Below are positions 60,836 through 64,000 of a stretch of DNA of 64,000 bases, piece by piece. The position numbers and the translations under genes are program-made. The notes under the pieces were generated by a model, which saw only the letters and a list, made by a program, of their open reading frames with translations, made no database searches and was not told where the DNA came from. This DNA comes from Paramoeba atlantica (taxonomy: Eukaryota > Protista > Discosea), in NCBI GenBank assembly GCA_977017575.1, contig CDRNVI010000059.1:248001-312000 (forward strand), given 5' to 3'. Each line of letters begins with the position of its first letter. Within the stretch, counting starts at the first letter, position 1.

Positions 60836-63469
60836 ATGTATATTCAGCTTGTGTTTGGGATATCTTCCATTGATTTGAAGCCGTCGTCACCTAAAAAAGT
60901 TCGCGGCGTGAGTCTTCCTCAGGAATATGAACTCAGTCTATTTCTGCGCGACGCATCAGCGGATGATCCATCGTGGGGCACGCATAATGAGGCTTGCGCC
61001 TGGAAAAGGGTGACGTGCAATAGCAAAGGTTTCGTCGATCGTATTATTTGGACGAACAAAAACATTCGTGGAAAGATTCACTTGAGCGCGCTTCCCACAA
61101 CGGTGCGTTGCGTGTGGATGTCTAACAATGAATTGATCGGAAATATTTATTTAGATACCCTGCCCACCTCCATGGAACGCTTGTGTCTATCATCAAATCA
61201 CTTGGAAGGGACCTTAGACTTAACTTCGCTTCCCGACAATCTTCTCGCTCTTAATTTACATAGTAACAAATTTTCTGGGTCCATTCTTTTGAATCAGCTT
61301 CCTCCTTCTTTCCGCTGGCTATCTCTTCACTCCAATTGTCTCACGGGAGCGCTGGATTTGTTTCAATTACCCGCTTCATTGAAACATATTGAACTTCACC
61401 GAAACGGTTTTCATGGATATATTGAACTCCGTCACCTGCCTTCAAACCTTCAATACCTTGATCTTAGTTCGAATGAACTTTCTGGTGTCATATATCTCAC
61501 TCATCTTCCTTCAGTACTTCTGAATCTGGACCTCTCAATAAATATGCTCAGTGGGGATATTAGCTTTTGTGCACTGCCTCAGGCGTTGCAAACAATAGAT
61601 ATCGCCTTCAATGCCTTCACTGGCTCTCCACAATGGGATAAACTACCAAATAATTTAGAGGTCCTATATTTAATGGGCAACGAGCTTGTGGGAACCGTTG
61701 AGCTCACTCACTTACCGCAATCACTGAGAGAACTTCATTTGAGTAATAATAAATTTACAGGGCGCGTAGATCTTACACAACTTCCTGTGAGCTTAACTGA
61801 ACTGAGCTTATCGGCCAACAACATATCTGGACCTTTATCGCTTTCTCACCTTCCAGACGGTCTTGAGCAGCTAAAACTCTACAACAATTCTTTTTCTGGA
61901 AATATTAATTTTTCGCATCTTCCCGCCTCATTGACATACGCAGATGTTAGCTTTAATAACCTGACCGGTGAGCTAGATCTGAGGACTCTCCCACCCGATT
62001 TGGTTAAGCTCTTTCTTTACGAGAATAACTTTACGGGACCCCTAGACTTAACTTATTTGCCGAATACCTTACAAGAACTGATTGCCAGCGAGAATTTATT
62101 CAATCAGGATGTGTCACTCGTAGATCTACCGGTGTCTCTCACTCTATTGTCAATTTCCAACAACAATCTCAGCGGCGAGATCTCTCTTTTGAGTCTCCCG
62201 AAAAGTCTTCTAACTCTTGAGATTGATGGAAATGAATTTGAAGCAAACATTGATTTAGCCTTCTTACCAAATGCCCTGACCCGATTGAATGCCAGTCGCA
62301 ATAGATTCAGCGGGCCGCTTGATCTACTGAAGCTTCCAATCACTTTGAAGTACCTTTTGCTGAATCAAAATATATTGGACGGGTCTATAGATCTTGCAAA
62401 TTTGCCCCAAGATTTACAGTGCCTTGAAGTTTCCGACAATAAATTTTCCGGAGAACTAAACTTTTCTCATCTTCCCGGGAAAATTGAGGCTCTCTATTTT
62501 TCCGAAAATGAATTTGAAGGAACACTTCACTTATTTCAGCTACCGCCAGAATTGTGGATACTAGATGTGCACTGTAATAATTTTTCTGGGTCTATCGATA
62601 TTAATCATCTTCCACCGGGTATGGAAGAGTTAAACCTTTCCATGAATCACTTTGAAGGAACTCTGCAACTTTCACAGCTTCCGCTCTCTTTACGATCTCT
62701 TTCTGTGAGAAATAATGAATTTTCTGACGAGTTGGATTTGAGGCACTTACCCTCTCAACTCCGGGAGTTGACTCTCGCGTGCAACAGGCTAAAAGGAACT
62801 GTTTCTCTTCATCAACTTCCAAGCAGCCTTCAAGAGTTGTACCTTTCCGGAAATGAGTTCACTGGGAGCGTTAATACGACCGCTCTACCCAATTCAATGA
62901 CTGACTTGGATGGATGGAAAAACAGTTTCACGGAGGGAATGGACTTAACGCAGCTTCCTGATTCTCTCAGACTATTGTTATTTTCTAATAATATGTTTTC
63001 AGGGTCTCTTGACCTCACCATGCTCCCCCAATCTCTTCGTTTTCTTTTCCTAAGGGGGAATCAATTTTCCGGTCCAATAGATCTTTCTCAACTTCCTGCT
63101 GGAATGATAGAAATACACCTCAGTGAAAACCAATTTACTGGCTCTATTGTCTTAGTAGATCTACCTCAGTCGCTTATTGGAATACTTCTTGGTAATAATC
63201 GTTTATCGGGGAGTCTTAATCTGACAAGTTTGCCTGCTTCCCTCATACAGCTTGAGCTACACCACAATAATTTTTTCGGAAACCTTAATTTGGATTCCTT
63301 GCCACCATTCTTAGAGGGGCTTTCGTTGGAATTCAATAAGTTATCTGGAAAATTATATTTACCTCAGCTACCCCTAGGACTTCAGACTCTTTCACTTCAA
63401 AATAATTCGTTTATCAATGGCGATATAGATTTTTCCGAAGTCCCAGAAACAGTGAAGGTTGTTTACTAA
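60836..63469 (+). CDS. Long LRR family protein (more than 30 repeats of ~24 aa)
   Basis: KKVRGVSLPQEY motif, PSWGTHNEACAWKRVTC cap, regular LPxxLxxLxLxxNxFSGxxxLxx repeats. Confidence 0.93.
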   Translation: MYIQLVFGISSIDLKPSSPKKVRGVSLPQEYELSLFLRDASADDPSWGTHNEACAWKRVTCNSKGFVDRIIWTNKNIRGKIHLSALPTTVRCVWMSNNELIGNIYLDTLPTSMERLCLSSNHLEGTLDLTSLPDNLLALNLHSNKFSGSILLNQLPPSFRWLSLHSNCLTGALDLFQLPASLKHIELHRNGFHGYIELRHLPSNLQYLDLSSNELSGVIYLTHLPSVLLNLDLSINMLSGDISFCALPQALQTIDIAFNAFTGSPQWDKLPNNLEVLYLMGNELVGTVELTHLPQSLRELHLSNNKFTGRVDLTQLPVSLTELSLSANNISGPLSLSHLPDGLEQLKLYNNSFSGNINFSHLPASLTYADVSFNNLTGELDLRTLPPDLVKLFLYENNFTGPLDLTYLPNTLQELIASENLFNQDVSLVDLPVSLTLLSISNNNLSGEISLLSLPKSLLTLEIDGNEFEANIDLAFLPNALTRLNASRNRFSGPLDLLKLPITLKYLLLNQNILDGSIDLANLPQDLQCLEVSDNKFSGELNFSHLPGKIEALYFSENEFEGTLHLFQLPPELWILDVHCNNFSGSIDINHLPPGMEELNLSMNHFEGTLQLSQLPLSLRSLSVRNNEFSDELDLRHLPSQLRELTLACNRLKGTVSLHQLPSSLQELYLSGNEFTGSVNTTALPNSMTDLDGWKNSFTEGMDLTQLPDSLRLLLFSNNMFSGSLDLTMLPQSLRFLFLRGNQFSGPIDLSQLPAGMIEIHLSENQFTGSIVLVDLPQSLIGILLGNNRLSGSLNLTSLPASLIQLELHHNNFFGNLNLDSLPPFLEGLSLEFNKLSGKLYLPQLPLGLQTLSLQNNSFINGDIDFSEVPETVKVVY

Positions 63470-63660
63470 TACTGTGTGACCTTTTTTAAACTTCCTCCAG
63501 TTTCGGCAAAAACGAAGTATAAATGGGAGGACCTGAAATTTCCTCCTTTCTAAATACAGGCACATTCCGGCATCTTGTGTGCGTGAAAAATTAACCGAGC
63601 TCAAAATATTTCCTCTTTTAACCCGGGGTCTGACCAGGTGCGCTTAAACGGAGGGGGAAA

Positions 63661-63947
63661 ATTATTATTCTTTTCTTATATTTGCGACAGGATGCCCCCT
63701 GGAGCCCTTCAGGGTCCAAAATTGTTTAGACAATATTATTATTTTCTTATATTTGCGACAGGATGCCCCCCTGGACCCTCTCAGGGTCCGAAATTGTTTA
63801 GACAATATTATTATTTTCTTATATTTGCGACAGGATGCCCCCTGGAGCCCTTCAGGGTCCAAAATTGTTTAGACAATATTATTATTTTCTCATATTTGCG
63901 ACAGGATGCCCCCCTGGACCCTCTCAGGGTCCGAAATTGTTTAGACA
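63661..63947. repeat. Four-unit 71/72-bp tandem repeat with A-B-A-B higher-order structure
   Basis: TTTGCGACAG starts at 63681, 63752, 63824, 63895; units alternate GGAGCCCTTCAGGGTCCAA and GGACCCTCTCAGGGTCCGA. Confidence 0.95.
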
Positions 63948-64000
63948 CGTTTTGAGCCACCGGAGTCCCTTTTATATTTTTTCTTTTATTCAACTGCTGC

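Noticed and set aside
63618-63630. piggyBac call from TTAA|CCC
   Set aside because: No partner terminus or transposase in the window.
63661-63947. CRISPR-like look (palindromic repeat at regular spacing)
   Set aside because: No unique spacers; whole units repeat; eukaryotic context with no cas genes.
1-64000. tRNA, rRNA, telomeric repeats, alternative genetic code
   Set aside because: None recognised by eye; conserved ORFs read with the standard code and end in TAA, TAG or TGA. A covariance-model scan was not run.

Overview
Eukaryotic, intron-less, gene-dense DNA. Every recognisable cellular gene lies on the + strand, several behind polypyrimidine-AG tracts. With a kinetoplastid-type spliced-leader (SL) motif (GATACAGTTTCTGTAC...TTG/GTA) and an MRP1/gBP21-like guide-RNA-binding gene, this points to a kinetoplastid directional gene cluster; a Perkinsela-like lineage is an inference. 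Housekeeping genes (citrate synthase, RPS23, MBF1, UMP-CMP kinase, dynamin, SEY1, NAD synthetase, UPF1, mitochondrial intermediate peptidase, CYTH, SAR1, methyltransferase, PTH2, AspRS) alternate with AT-rich islands holding nine copies of one LRR gene family, an intact HERO-type RLE non-LTR retrotransposon, Tc1 remnants, a MITE-like family and a 71/72-bp tandem repeat. Top candidates for novelty: (1) a ~570-600 bp non-coding, structured, mobile element headed by the SL RNA exon plus intron donor, with compensatory stem changes between two copies; one copy cleanly splits an LRR gene and a fragment sits inside a Tc1 element; (2) a retrotransposon ORF with six Mer3/HFM1-type zinc fingers; (3) an MRP1-like protein fused to three CCHC knuckles. 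All family assignments come from remembered motifs; no searches were run.
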